From: a bacterium
Lineage (GTDB): Bacteria; JADJOY01
Direction of reading: 5' to 3'
DNA: 64,000 bases
NCBI GenBank assembly: GCA_046331705.1
Contig: JAXLQJ010000034.1
Location: forward strand, 1-64,000
A program made the position numbers and the translations under genes. Every line of letters starts with the position of its first letter. Positions within the stretch are counted from its first letter, which is position 1. The notes under the pieces are model-generated. The model searched no databases, was not told where the DNA came from, and worked only from the letters and a program-made list of their open reading frames with translations. This document shows positions 38,242 through 48,149 of the stretch, piece after piece.

Positions 38242-39648
38242 ATGGCCAGCTCCAGCTCGAACGTCAGCTTTTCCGGCCTCGCCTCGGGCATCGACACGGC
38301 CAGCATCATCCAGGCCATGGTCACGGCGCGCTCGCAGCCGATCCAGACCATGCAGTCGCAGCGCGCGGCGCTGCAATCGAAACGCAGCGCATTCTCGACC
38401 CTCTCGTCGCAGCTCTCGGCGATCGAGGCGATCTCGAAGAAGCTCGACAACCTGAGCGACGTCTCGTTCTCGAGCTCGTCGCTGGGCGAGGAGTTCCGCA
38501 GCCTCTCCGCGACCTCGTCCAACACCGCGCTCTTCAGCGCCCAGGTCGACTCGGCGCGCGGTGTCACTGGCACGCACACCGTGACGGTGGAGCGGCTCGC
38601 CAAGGTCGCGGTCGCGAGCGCGGGCAACGGCAACGGCAGCACGTTCGCGTCGCTCGACGCGGAGATCGCGACCGGCACCCTCACCCTCACCACCGGCGGC
38701 ACCACCACCTCGATCACCGTCGATTCGTCGAACCACACGCTCACCGGCGTGCGCGACGCGATCAACGCCTCGGGCGCCGCGGTGCGGGCCACCACGATCT
38801 ACGACGGCACCGGCTACAAGCTGGTGGTGACCGGAACCAAGACCGGGGTGGCGAACGACGTCACGCTCGACGCGAGCGGGCTCAACCAATCCGACCTCGC
38901 CAAGACGCTGTCGTTCGCGAAGACGCAGTCGGCCGTCGACTCCCGCGTGCTCGTGGACGGCGTCAAGATCGAGCACGGCGACAACGTGATCGAGGACGCG
39001 CTCTACGGCGTCACGCTGACGCTCAACTCGGAATCCGCCACCGCCGCGACGCTGTCGGTGGGCACCAACGTGGCCGGCGTGAAGTCGTCGATCCAGTCGT
39101 TCGTGTCGAGCTACAACACCGCGATCGGCAACATCAACGCGCAGAACACGTACACGGCGGGTCAGACCACGTCGACCCCGGCGCTCTTCGGCAACTCGAC
39201 GGTGCGAGGGCTTCAAGCCTCGCTCGCGCAAGCGGTGTCCGACCCCGTGAGCGGCACCAGCACGTACAAGATGCTCGCGGACGTCGGCATCCACCTCGAG
39301 AAGGACGGCACGCTCTCGGTGGACTCGGCCAAGCTCGAGGATGCGCTGACCAACGACTTCGAGGGCGTGCGCGCGCTCTTCGTGACCCGCAACGGCAACG
39401 ACGGAGTGGCCGGACGCGTCACCAAGCTGATCGACGCCTACGTGAACAGCAGCACCGGCTACATCGGCGACGCGCAGGAAGCGATCGACGATCAGGTCTC
39501 GGACCTCGACGACCGCATCGACGCCGCGAACCGCTCGCTCGAGGAATACCAAACCACGATCACCCAACAGTTCCTGGCGATGGAAAGCACCATCTCCGCG
39601 CTCAAGGGGCAGCAGACGTCGCTGCAGGCGATCTTCGGCTTCAATTGA
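38242..39648 (+). CDS. fliD: Filament cap protein FliD
   Basis: GLASGIDT..II; IRDAIN-like motif; C-terminal QFLAMES. Confidence 0.93.
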   Translation: MASSSSNVSFSGLASGIDTASIIQAMVTARSQPIQTMQSQRAALQSKRSAFSTLSSQLSAIEAISKKLDNLSDVSFSSSSLGEEFRSLSATSSNTALFSAQVDSARGVTGTHTVTVERLAKVAVASAGNGNGSTFASLDAEIATGTLTLTTGGTTTSITVDSSNHTLTGVRDAINASGAAVRATTIYDGTGYKLVVTGTKTGVANDVTLDASGLNQSDLAKTLSFAKTQSAVDSRVLVDGVKIEHGDNVIEDALYGVTLTLNSESATAATLSVGTNVAGVKSSIQSFVSSYNTAIGNINAQNTYTAGQTTSTPALFGNSTVRGLQASLAQAVSDPVSGTSTYKMLADVGIHLEKDGTLSVDSAKLEDALTNDFEGVRALFVTRNGNDGVAGRVTKLIDAYVNSSTGYIGDAQEAIDDQVSDLDDRIDAANRSLEEYQTTITQQFLAMESTISALKGQQTSLQAIFGFN

Positions 39649-39685
39649 AGAGCCCAGCGACTCACGGACACGAGGAGAGCAGCTC

Positions 39686-40075
39686 ATGATCTCGTACAAC
39701 CAGATTCGCGCGTACCGAAAGACGATGGTGACCACCGCCGAGCCGGTGGAGCTGGTGCGCCTGCTCGTCGACAGCGCGCTGCGATTCACCAGCCAGGCCC
39801 AGGAATCGATCCGCGCCGGGCGCGTGAAGGAGAAGTGCGAGGACTTGTCGCGCGCCGGCCAGATCGTGACCGAGCTCATGAGCTGCCTCGACTTCCGTCG
39901 CGGCGGCGAGATCGCGCTGACCCTCGAGAGCCTCTACATCTTCATCCTGCAGAAGCTCACCGACGCCAACGTCACCAACGACGCGAGCCACTTGGACGGC
40001 GTGGTGAAGGTGCTCGCCGACCTGAGCGGCGCCTGGGCTTCCATCAGCAACGAGCCGTCCTCGGTCGCGTGCTGA
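39686..40075 (+). CDS. fliS: Flagellin chaperone FliS
   Basis: TAEPVELVRLL; LDFRRGGEIA..LY..L; AW. Confidence 0.93.
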   Translation: MISYNQIRAYRKTMVTTAEPVELVRLLVDSALRFTSQAQESIRAGRVKEKCEDLSRAGQIVTELMSCLDFRRGGEIALTLESLYIFILQKLTDANVTNDASHLDGVVKVLADLSGAWASISNEPSSVAC

Positions 40076-40091
40076 GAATGCGTGGTCGACG

Positions 40092-40451
40092 ATGTCTCAC
40101 GTTGGACACTACATCGCGGCGCAATGCCAAGACCTGCGCGAGATCCTCGCGACCGGTCGCGACCTGCGCCGGGCGCTCGCCAAGGGCGATCCCGATGCCG
40201 CGACCCGCGCCGTCGGCCGGCGCTGGGGAATCATCGATCGCATGACGGCCCGCGAGCAGCTGGCACCACCCGCGCCCGGCGCGGAGGTGGCCGGCACGCT
40301 CGACGTGGCGGAGCTGCGCGACCTGAGCGCCGAGCTCGAGCGCCTGGCCCACGCCGTGGTGGTCGAGGATCGAGCCCTGCTCGCGCACATCGGCCATCGC
40401 CGCACGTACGGGCGCCTGCACACACCCGCCGGCGCCCCGCTGCCCGACTGA
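40092..40451 (+). CDS. Hypothetical protein downstream of fliS (FliT position)
   Basis: 119-aa helical ORF with host-like codon usage. Confidence 0.5.
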   Translation: MSHVGHYIAAQCQDLREILATGRDLRRALAKGDPDAATRAVGRRWGIIDRMTAREQLAPPAPGAEVAGTLDVAELRDLSAELERLAHAVVVEDRALLAHIGHRRTYGRLHTPAGAPLPD

Positions 40452-40589
40452 GGCTCGACGAGACGAGCGAGCGCTCCGCGCAGCGGCATCGCGCTTGCGA
40501 CGCTCGTCCTGCCAGAGCGCCAAGCGGCGCGCGCACGCCGCCGTCGTGCCCGTGACGACCGGCGTTGCCGCGCGACACCGCGTGGACGC

Positions 40590-40602
40590 GGCAATTCTTG
40601 CC
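40590..40602. promoter_or_regulatory. Palindrome GGCAATTCTTGCC (copy 2), upstream of maf
   Basis: Identical to 35616-35628. Confidence 0.5.
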
Positions 40603-40682
40603 GCCCCCGTGGGCGTCGCCTCGGCGCCGCGTGAGCACCGGCGCCACGCGCTCGCCACCCGCGCCAACGCCACGAGGAACCC

Positions 40683-42473
40683 ATGGCCAGCCCAGCGATC
40701 GCACCGTCTCTCGATCCCGCGCCGTCGGCCCGTGTGGTGCCGACGCGCTCCGGGTCCGCGACCCTCGAGCTCGACGGCGTCGCGCTGGCGAGCCGCATGG
40801 ACCCGGCGCGCGAGGCGGAATCCCTGATCGCAGCGCTCGACCCGGACGTGGAGTGGGTGTGGCTGATCGGCTGGAGCACGGGGCATCTGGCGCGGGCGAT
40901 CCTGGCGCGTTGCCGGCGCGCGCGAGTGCTCGTGTACGAGCCGAGCGCCACGATCCTCGCGGCCGCCCTCGCGCACCCGGAGCTCGCGCGGGGCAGCGAC
41001 GATCCGCGCGTCACCGTCGCCAGCGAGCCGTTCGCGCTGCGCTTCGAGTTCGAGGAGCATTTCCTGCCCGGCGCCACCCTCGCGACAGTGGTGCCGCCGG
41101 TCTATCGCCGGCTCTTCGGCGCCGCGATCGAAGAGCTCCTCGCGACCCTGGACCAGAGCCGGGTGCGCGTCGAGGCCAACGTCTTGAGCCGCATGGTGGT
41201 GGGCGGGACGTGGCTCGATCACCTGCTCCACAACGCGGCCACCATCGCCGCGTCCCCGTTCCTGGAAGACCTGCGCGATCGATTCCGTGGCGTGCCCGCG
41301 ATCTGCGTCGCCGCGGGGCCTTCGCTGGAAGGCAACGCCGACGTGCTGCGCGACGCTGGCGACCGCGCCCTGGTGATCTCCGTCGGCTCGGCGCTTCGGC
41401 CCCTGCAGCGGCGCGGCATCGATCCGCACTTCGCGGCGGCGATCGAGTGGCGCGACGGCGTGCTGAAGCAATTCGCCGACGCCGACCTGCAGCGCGTGTT
41501 CCTGCTGCTCTCGGCGGTGTCGCACCCCGACCTGCACCGGCTCAGCGCGGCGGGCCGCTTCACGGAGCTGCCCATGGGCAGTCCCGCCACCACGTGGCTC
41601 GGCGAGGTGCTCGACGTGCGACACGGCTTCCTGGAAGGCGGCTCGGTCGCGCACACGGCGTTCTCGACCGCGTTGCTTCTGGGGTGCGACCCGGTCGTGC
41701 TCGTCGGCCAGGACCTCGCGCTCAGCGCCACGCGCCACACGCACGCGGCGAGCTCGGTCCACGGACACCTGCAGGCGCACACCCCCAACCCGAACGAGAT
41801 CGATCCGCGCATGCGCCGCTACGTGCTGCCTGGCTATCACGGCGGCGAGGTCGAGACGTTGCGCGAGTTCTATTGCTACCACGCGTGGTTCGAGGACCGG
41901 ATCCACCAGCTCGACGGCGCGACCCGCATCATCAACGCCACCGAGGGCGGCGCGCGCATCCGCGGCACCGTGCAGCTCGGGCTGCGCGAGGTCGTCGACG
42001 GCCTGCAGCGCATCGGCGACCCGCGGCCGATCCTCGCCGACGCCGTGCTGCACGCACGGCGTCGGGACCCGTCGGTGCTGCACGCGGCGCTGCGCGAACG
42101 GCGGCGCGTGGCGAGTCGCGCCGCGCGGCTCGCCCGCGAGGCGCTGGCACAGATCGAGGCACTCGAAAAGCTGCCGCCCGGATCGGCACCGAGCGCGCGC
42201 GATGCGCGGCAGCTCGATCGCGCCGAGCGACAGCTGACACGCATCCTGGACGACGATCCCTTGATTCGGAGCCTCACCGGCGCCGCCATGTACCGATTCG
42301 AGCGGATGCGGGCAGCGGGCCCGCCGGCGGATCGCGCCGCCGCGTACCGTTGGTCGCTCGAGCTTTCGCGCCTCATCCACGGGGCCGTCGGCACCGCCGC
42401 GCGCGACCTCGCGCCCTTGCTCGACGAGGTGATCGCGACACTCGAGCACCAACCCGCCGAATCCAGCTCCTGA
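40683..42473 (+). CDS. maf: Motility-associated factor (Maf) flagellin glycosyltransferase family
   Basis: AICVAAGPSL; GGSVAH..LLGCDPVVLVGQDLA; IINATEGGARIRG. Confidence 0.9.
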   Translation: MASPAIAPSLDPAPSARVVPTRSGSATLELDGVALASRMDPAREAESLIAALDPDVEWVWLIGWSTGHLARAILARCRRARVLVYEPSATILAAALAHPELARGSDDPRVTVASEPFALRFEFEEHFLPGATLATVVPPVYRRLFGAAIEELLATLDQSRVRVEANVLSRMVVGGTWLDHLLHNAATIAASPFLEDLRDRFRGVPAICVAAGPSLEGNADVLRDAGDRALVISVGSALRPLQRRGIDPHFAAAIEWRDGVLKQFADADLQRVFLLLSAVSHPDLHRLSAAGRFTELPMGSPATTWLGEVLDVRHGFLEGGSVAHTAFSTALLLGCDPVVLVGQDLALSATRHTHAASSVHGHLQAHTPNPNEIDPRMRRYVLPGYHGGEVETLREFYCYHAWFEDRIHQLDGATRIINATEGGARIRGTVQLGLREVVDGLQRIGDPRPILADAVLHARRRDPSVLHAALRERRRVASRAARLAREALAQIEALEKLPPGSAPSARDARQLDRAERQLTRILDDDPLIRSLTGAAMYRFERMRAAGPPADRAAAYRWSLELSRLIHGAVGTAARDLAPLLDEVIATLEHQPAESSS

Positions 42474-42741
42474 ATCCGAATCACGCGGCGCGCCCGAGGA
42501 CTCCGTCGAGAGCATCCACGGCGCGAACGCGGCGGACGAGCACGCAACTCCGGCGCGGGCCCTCTCGCGCGTGTGCAGCTCGTCGCGCTCCCACCACGCC
42601 CACGCCGGGGCTGCTCGGTGCGCCCTGGCGTTCGCGGGTGGCGCGAACGCCGAGGCGCAGCCCCGTAGCCCCGCGCGGCGAGATCCCGAGCAATCCTGCG
42701 ACGCGCCGCGCGGCACGCCGCGTGCCTTGCAGCGTCGCGCC

Positions 42742-43671
42742 ATGGCGCGACCGCTCCGCTGGCTTCGGCCCAAGACCACGTGGTTCTGCACCAGCCGCGC
42801 GTTTCAGCGGCGGTTCTTGCTTCGGTGCGACCCCGATGCCAACGCGGTGTTCTTGCTCGCGCTCGCCCGCGCGCTCAAGCGATACACCGGCGTGAAGATC
42901 CACGCGGCGGTCACGGTTTCGAACCACTGGCACATGTTGCTCACCGACGAGCGATCCGAGCTCTCCGACTTCATGCGAGACTTCCTCACCGCGACCGCCA
43001 AGGGCATCAACCAGATTCGCGATCGCGAGGGACGCGTCTTCGATCGACGGTTCAGCGCCGAGCCCGTGCTCGACACCGCCGCGGCGATCGGGAGGCTCCT
43101 GTACACGGTCCTCAACCCGACGGCCGCGGGACTCGTTTCTCGATTCGAGGAATGGCCCGGAGTGATGCTCTTCGCGAAGGGCGACCAGCCCGAGGAGCAC
43201 CGCGTCCGCTGGTTCAACGAGAAGCGATACCGGGACGCCGTTCGCGAAGCGGCGGGATCGACGAAGACGATCGATCCCGCGTGGTTCTGGGAGGAAGAGA
43301 CGCTCACCGTCCATCCCCTCGAGGGGCTCGCCGAAGAGAACGTGACGCCCGAGCAGATCCTCGAGCGCATCCGCGCGGCCGAGGCCGAATGCGCGCGCGA
43401 GCGCAACGGGGTGCCGGTGCTCGGCGCGGCCACCGTGGTGCGGCAAGATCCGCGATCGAGACCGAAGCGCTCCAACCGATCGCCACGGCCGCTCTGCCAC
43501 GCGAGCAGCGACGCGCAGCGCAAGACCTATCGCGAGATGTTCAAGGAGTTTTGCGGGCGGTTCTGGGCCGCGGCGCTCGCCCTGCGGCGTGGCAACGGCG
43601 GGCAGCCGTTCCCCGAGTACTCGTTCCCCCCGTGGAAGCCGTTGGTGCGACCGGCGATCTCCACCGCGTAG
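42742..43671 (+). mobile_element. RAYT-like HUH (Y1) tyrosine transposase
   Basis: N-terminal TSR; SNHWH (HUH); G.VF.RRF; catalytic LLYTVLNP..AGLV..EEWP; no tnpB adjacent. Confidence 0.85.
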
Positions 43672-43853
43672 CGCTCGCTTCGCGTTCAGACTTCGTCGCA
43701 ACAACGGGAGTGATCCGTCCGCGATCGGCGGATGGGGCTCGTTCTCCGTCTGCGCGCTCGAGATCGACGTCGTGAAGCACATCGACGACCGCGAAACGGT
43801 GCGCTCAGCGCGTCAGTGACGGAGATTTCGAACGCTCCGCACGCGTCGCGAGC

Positions 43854-44127
43854 GAAACGCCGACTGGCACCAGCGAAAAGATGAGTGTCACCAATCCGGG
43901 GGGTCACCGAGGCGGCGGCCGCCTAGTAACACGACCCCTCCCCGCCTTTTCGGCCCAACTCCCCGTACTCAAGGAAGAATGTGTGCCTCCCGGCTGGGTC
44001 GAGAAGTCAAAGTCGGGTGTGTCCGTGGGCGCTCGTTCAACGCGCGCGATCAACAAGGTGGGTGGCACCCTGTCCTCCGGGGTCCACGAAACCGGGGCAA
44101 CTTCACAGCTGTGCTGGGGCAACTTCA
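43854..44127 (+). repeat. Array of short degenerate direct motifs (about AAAGY-GRGTGTCACC) plus a 12-bp direct repeat
   Basis: Copies at 43854-71, 43876-92, 43893-908, 43974-90, 44009-24 and 44052-69; GGGGCAACTTCA at 44094 and 44116. Confidence 0.55.
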
Positions 44128-44145
44128 GACACCCTATCCCTTATC

Positions 44146-44775
44146 TCAGTGGCTCGGGGGAAGCCCAGCACATAGCCCGGTCGATTCATTCCGAATTTCA
44201 AGCGGCATCCAGTCGCTCCAGATCTCACCAACCCATGACAAACCGTCAGACGTTTGCATCGAACTTGGCACTACGAGACCTACACGCAATCTGAATTGCC
44301 CGGGGGTGACAAGATCCCAGTTTTCCTCCGTTACAGGGGCGGCAATACTGTCCGCACAATCCGCGCTAATCGGAGGTGGCGATCGCCAAACCCACACTTT
44401 TCGCAATGCATCGCAACGCGTCAAATCCACATCGATGCGCAGCTCTGCTCCAGCCCCAAGCTTCGTCGCATCAACAGGTCCGACAAAGGTCGCAGATCGG
44501 AACTGACTCGCCTGCATCGACCGACACGCTGCTCGCTGAACATCCAACACGATGAATCGATCCACCGGAGGAAGCACAACCATTTCGGTTGATCGGTTCA
44601 CAAGCGTTACGCTTCCATGCACGACGGATCGCTGCACGGAAGGACTGACTAAAATTTCAATCCGCTGATCCGACGCCTTGCCCATCGCCCCGCTGGCCAC
44701 ACAGACAACAACAAAACATGAGAGCGCGAGCAGTCGTAGCGCCATCTCCATCGAAACGTGACGAGACCTGTACAT
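44146..44775 (-). CDS. Putative immunity protein (signal peptide, lower GC)
   Basis: Starts 7 bp after the Rhs stop; LALSCFVVVCVASGA hydrophobic signal; atypical composition. Confidence 0.6.
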   Translation of the reverse strand: MYRSRHVSMEMALRLLALSCFVVVCVASGAMGKASDQRIEILVSPSVQRSVVHGSVTLVNRSTEMVVLPPVDRFIVLDVQRAACRSMQASQFRSATFVGPVDATKLGAGAELRIDVDLTRCDALRKVWVWRSPPPISADCADSIAAPVTEENWDLVTPGQFRLRVGLVVPSSMQTSDGLSWVGEIWSDWMPLEIRNESTGLCAGLPPSH

Positions 44776-44781
44776 AGCAAC

Positions 44782-46960
44782 CTATCGGGGCGAACGCGAC
44801 GCATACCCCGGCGACAAATATTGCGTGGGGTCTTCCGCGAACGACTCACCCTTTTTTAGCGGGATCGCCCGTATATCCTCCTCCTCCCACACCAAGACAA
44901 CCCGAAAAATAGCCACCTTACTCCGATCGCGCACATCTCGCAAAATCCAATTTTGATACTTGACCTGCCACGGCGCCTTACCATCACTTGTTGGAATTCG
45001 ACATCCCCAAAAAGTCGCAGGATCACAATCCCAGTAGACTGCAAGCTCGTCCTGCAATGAAACATTATTTTGCATAGTCCAATTACTTGTCTCGCGAACC
45101 TGAAATTGAGCAGCAATATTTGTCTTCTCGCTTGTAAACTCTTCCCGAACGTCTCCGTCAAAGATTACGATTCGATCGTCAACGCTCTTATAAAAATAAG
45201 TAACTATTCTAGTATTTGTATATGGATGCAAGTCGCAGTGATCATCCAGCGGGCCAGGTCGATAGTCTAGGTGATCGATAGTCGCATGAGTCGGAAGATT
45301 TGGGCCGGAAGTGTTTGTGAGACCAATATTTACGCCGGACACCGTGCCAACAAGGTCCACGCGCGTAATATTGATACCCACTCCAATTTCAATCAATCCA
45401 GATGGGTCGAATCGATTCAGAGGGTTATTAGAGACATACGCATATCGATGTAGCGACCGTGGATCTCCGACAGTACCCTCCCATGGATCCCTCGCCGTAA
45501 ACCTCCCCGTTGCGTTATCGAGCCATCTTGCGCGGTGGTACCCCATCTCCAGCTGCGGATCGAAAACCTCCCCAAACGCCCGATGATTGAAGATCCACCC
45601 ACTCGGCTGCGTCTGCGCCAGGGTGTTCCCAAACGCATCATAGTCATACGACGCCACCACCGACGCGGAGGCATCCACCACCTTCCGGACCGAGTTCTGC
45701 CCATCCTTCAACACCCAATACCGCGCCGCCACTCCGGACCGTTCATCCTTGAACCCAATCAGATCCCCATCCAGATACAGGTAATCCGCCATCACCGCGT
45801 TCCCGACGTTGTCCCACTCTTGCAACACCTGCGCATACGGCAACGTCCGGTCGTACACGTACCGACGCTTCTGCGTCGTCGTGGGGCTCGACGTCACCCA
45901 CTGCTTCGTCCGCACGATCCCGTCCGGCGAGTACGCAAACTGGGTCTGGCTCCCATCGTCCTTCTTCACCAGCCGATCCCACGGATTCCAGACCAGGGGC
46001 GTCGCGCCGCGGAGCGTCAGACGGCCGCTCTCGTCCCAGCTCTGCAAGGTCTCCGCCTCGCCGTCCGGCGTGATCGACGTCAGGTGGTCGGCGTTGTCGT
46101 ACGCGTACGTCGTGGGACCCGAGAGCGTCGAGTCCGTCCGCTCCAGCCGGTTCCCCACGTCGTCGTACGTGAAGCCCTGGGTCCGATTCCCGTTCACCGA
46201 GTCGGTGATCGCCTCGCCCGTCAGCCGGTAGAGGTCGTCGTAGTCCCAGTGGATCGTCCGGCCAGAGGGCTGCTCCTCCACGTCGGTGCGGTTACCCGAC
46301 GGGCCGAGGGTGTAACTGTACGCCGCAAGCGTGCTGCTCGCCGTGGCGTGCTCGAGCAGCGTGAGCCGGTTCTGCTCGTTGTACTGGTAGCTCGTCGTCA
46401 CCCCGTTCGGGTACGCGATCGACTCGCGGTTCCCGTTCGGGTCGTAGCTCACGTGCACCGTCCCCGAGACTCCGGGAACGTGGACGTCCTTCGGTCGATT
46501 CAGCTCGTCGTAGTCCGTGGTGACCGTTCCGTACGGCGCTGGCGCCGTCACTGAGGTGCGGTTCCCGGCAGCATCGTACCCGAACGCCAACGTGTCCGGG
46601 AACGCGCCAGCACCTTCCGGGGTGGACTGGGTTTGGATCCGGCCGCGCGCGTCGTAGGTGAAGGCGATCGACCGGACGACGTCCGTCCCGCGCTTGATCT
46701 CCTTCTTCGAGAGCCGGCCGCCACCGCCCTGGTACGTGTAGTGGATCGACTCGGTGCCGGCCCCCGTGCCACTCGGGGTCTCGCTCAGCACCCGGTTCAT
46801 GGCGTCGTAGGTGTAGGTCGTGGTCACGCCGCCCACGGTCTTCGTGAGCCGGTTGCCGTTCGCATCGTAGGTGTAGGTCTCGACGTCGCGGTGGTCGTTG
46901 GCGTCGGGCGGGTAGGTCTTCTGGGTCATCCGACCGAGCGCATCATACGCAAAGCGGGTG
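44782..46960 (-). CDS. 5'-truncated (orphan) Rhs/YD-repeat protein with a novel ~200-aa C-terminal domain
   Basis: YD repeats (YDALGR, YDANGNR, YDAAGNR), Rhs core ending YVSNNPLNRFDPSGL, AT-richer tip; Rhs-like sequence stops near 46960; first ATG at 46929. Confidence 0.88.
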
Positions 46961-47367
46961 TCACGATCGTTGCCGGGGGTGGAGCGCCTCGCCCAGGGCC
47001 CGCGAGAGTCCGGGAGAGCCGGGACCGCGCATGGAGGACGTGGGGCCAGCCCGCCTGCTGCGCACGCCGCCGGTAATCGGTGTGATCCGGACTTCGCCCG
47101 GTGATCGGCGCCGGGCGGTCGCCCGGGCGCCCGGCCGCACTCCGCCGTAGGCCGCGACGATCGATTCCTTCCGGGGCGCCCTGGAACTTCCTGCCTAGCC
47201 TCGGGCCAATCGCCCCCGCCCGGTGTGCACCCAGACCGGTTCAGATCGCTCCTCCGAGCCAGTCTGGAGCCCAGGGGCGCCCGCGCCGAGCCGCCGTGGC
47301 GCCGCCGTGCTTGCGAAAAACGCGCGCAAATCACGGCGGAAGGAGCAGAACGCCCGGTGCGCGGGGC

Positions 47368-47383
47368 CGGCACGACCCTTGCT
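47368..47383 (+). promoter_or_regulatory. sigma54 promoter of the glycosylation operon
   Basis: CGGCACGACCCTTGCT. Confidence 0.75.
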
Positions 47384-47464
47384 CACCGACCGTTCTGCCA
47401 CCGAACGGTGAGCGCCTGCAGCGATCAACCCGATCGCGCGCAGCGTTCCCCCGGTGAGAACCGC

Positions 47465-48121
47465 ATGGACTCGACGACCTTCGATCTGGACGCGCCGAAC
47501 TTTCCCGCGCCCTTCCTGGAGCGCGCTGCCTTTCTCTCCCCCGCGCGACCGCTGCGCGAGCTGTGGCTCTTGATGTCGCTCGGCCACGACGAGTCGCTGA
47601 GCCAGCATCGCCTCGCGCGCCGCGTGGGACTCAGCCCCGCGCGGGTGAACGAGTATCTGCGCGAGCTCGAGGAGCGCGGCTGGGTGGCACGCGAGGGCGA
47701 GACCAACCGCACGATCCGCTATCGCTTGACCGAGGCCGGACGCAGCGCGCGCCGCGACGCGTTCCTGGCGTTTTGCGGCGAGATGGTGCGCCTCTACGGT
47801 CATACCAAGCTGCCGTTTCGCGCGGCGCTCAGCGAGCTGGCGGCGAGCGGCCTCAAGCGGTTGGTGCTGTTCGGCGCCGCCGAGACTTGCGAGATGGTGA
47901 GCGCCGCCGCGCGCGGCTTGCCGATCGAGGTCGCCGGGGTCGTCGACGGCGACCCGGCGCGGGTCGGCACCTGGCTCGGCGGCCACTGCGTCGCCTCGCC
48001 CGACTCCATCCCCGCCTTCGAGCCCGACGCGGTGCTGATCACCTCGTTCGGCGCGCGTCACGCCATCTACGAATCCATCCGCGGGCTCGAGAGCCGCGGT
48101 ATCGCGGTGCGCCAGCTCTGA
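47465..48121 (+). CDS. Winged-helix (MarR-like) regulator with a C-terminal Rossmann-like domain
   Basis: SQHRLARRVGLSPARVNEYL..Y.LT..G; then LVLFGAAE..VAGVVD..DAVLITS. Confidence 0.75.
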   Translation: MDSTTFDLDAPNFPAPFLERAAFLSPARPLRELWLLMSLGHDESLSQHRLARRVGLSPARVNEYLRELEERGWVAREGETNRTIRYRLTEAGRSARRDAFLAFCGEMVRLYGHTKLPFRAALSELAASGLKRLVLFGAAETCEMVSAAARGLPIEVAGVVDGDPARVGTWLGGHCVASPDSIPAFEPDAVLITSFGARHAIYESIRGLESRGIAVRQL

Positions 48122-48149
48122 ATCGGGCGCGCACCCCGGAGGACGGTTC

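Noticed and set aside
42742-43671. IS200/IS605 element with TnpB
   Set aside because: No tnpB; the protein is much longer than IS200 TnpA and has RAYT-like motifs
43854-44127. CRISPR array
   Set aside because: Repeats are short and degenerate, spacing is irregular (0-65 bp), and there are no cas genes
47074-47232. Extra copies of the transposase-associated motif (aatcggtgtgatcc, ccggtgtgcacc)
   Set aside because: Too degenerate to separate from chance without a PWM
46967-47373. N-terminal extension of the Rhs ORF
   Set aside because: Arg/Pro/Ala-rich non-protein-like text overlapping the sigma54 promoter region; no YD repeats
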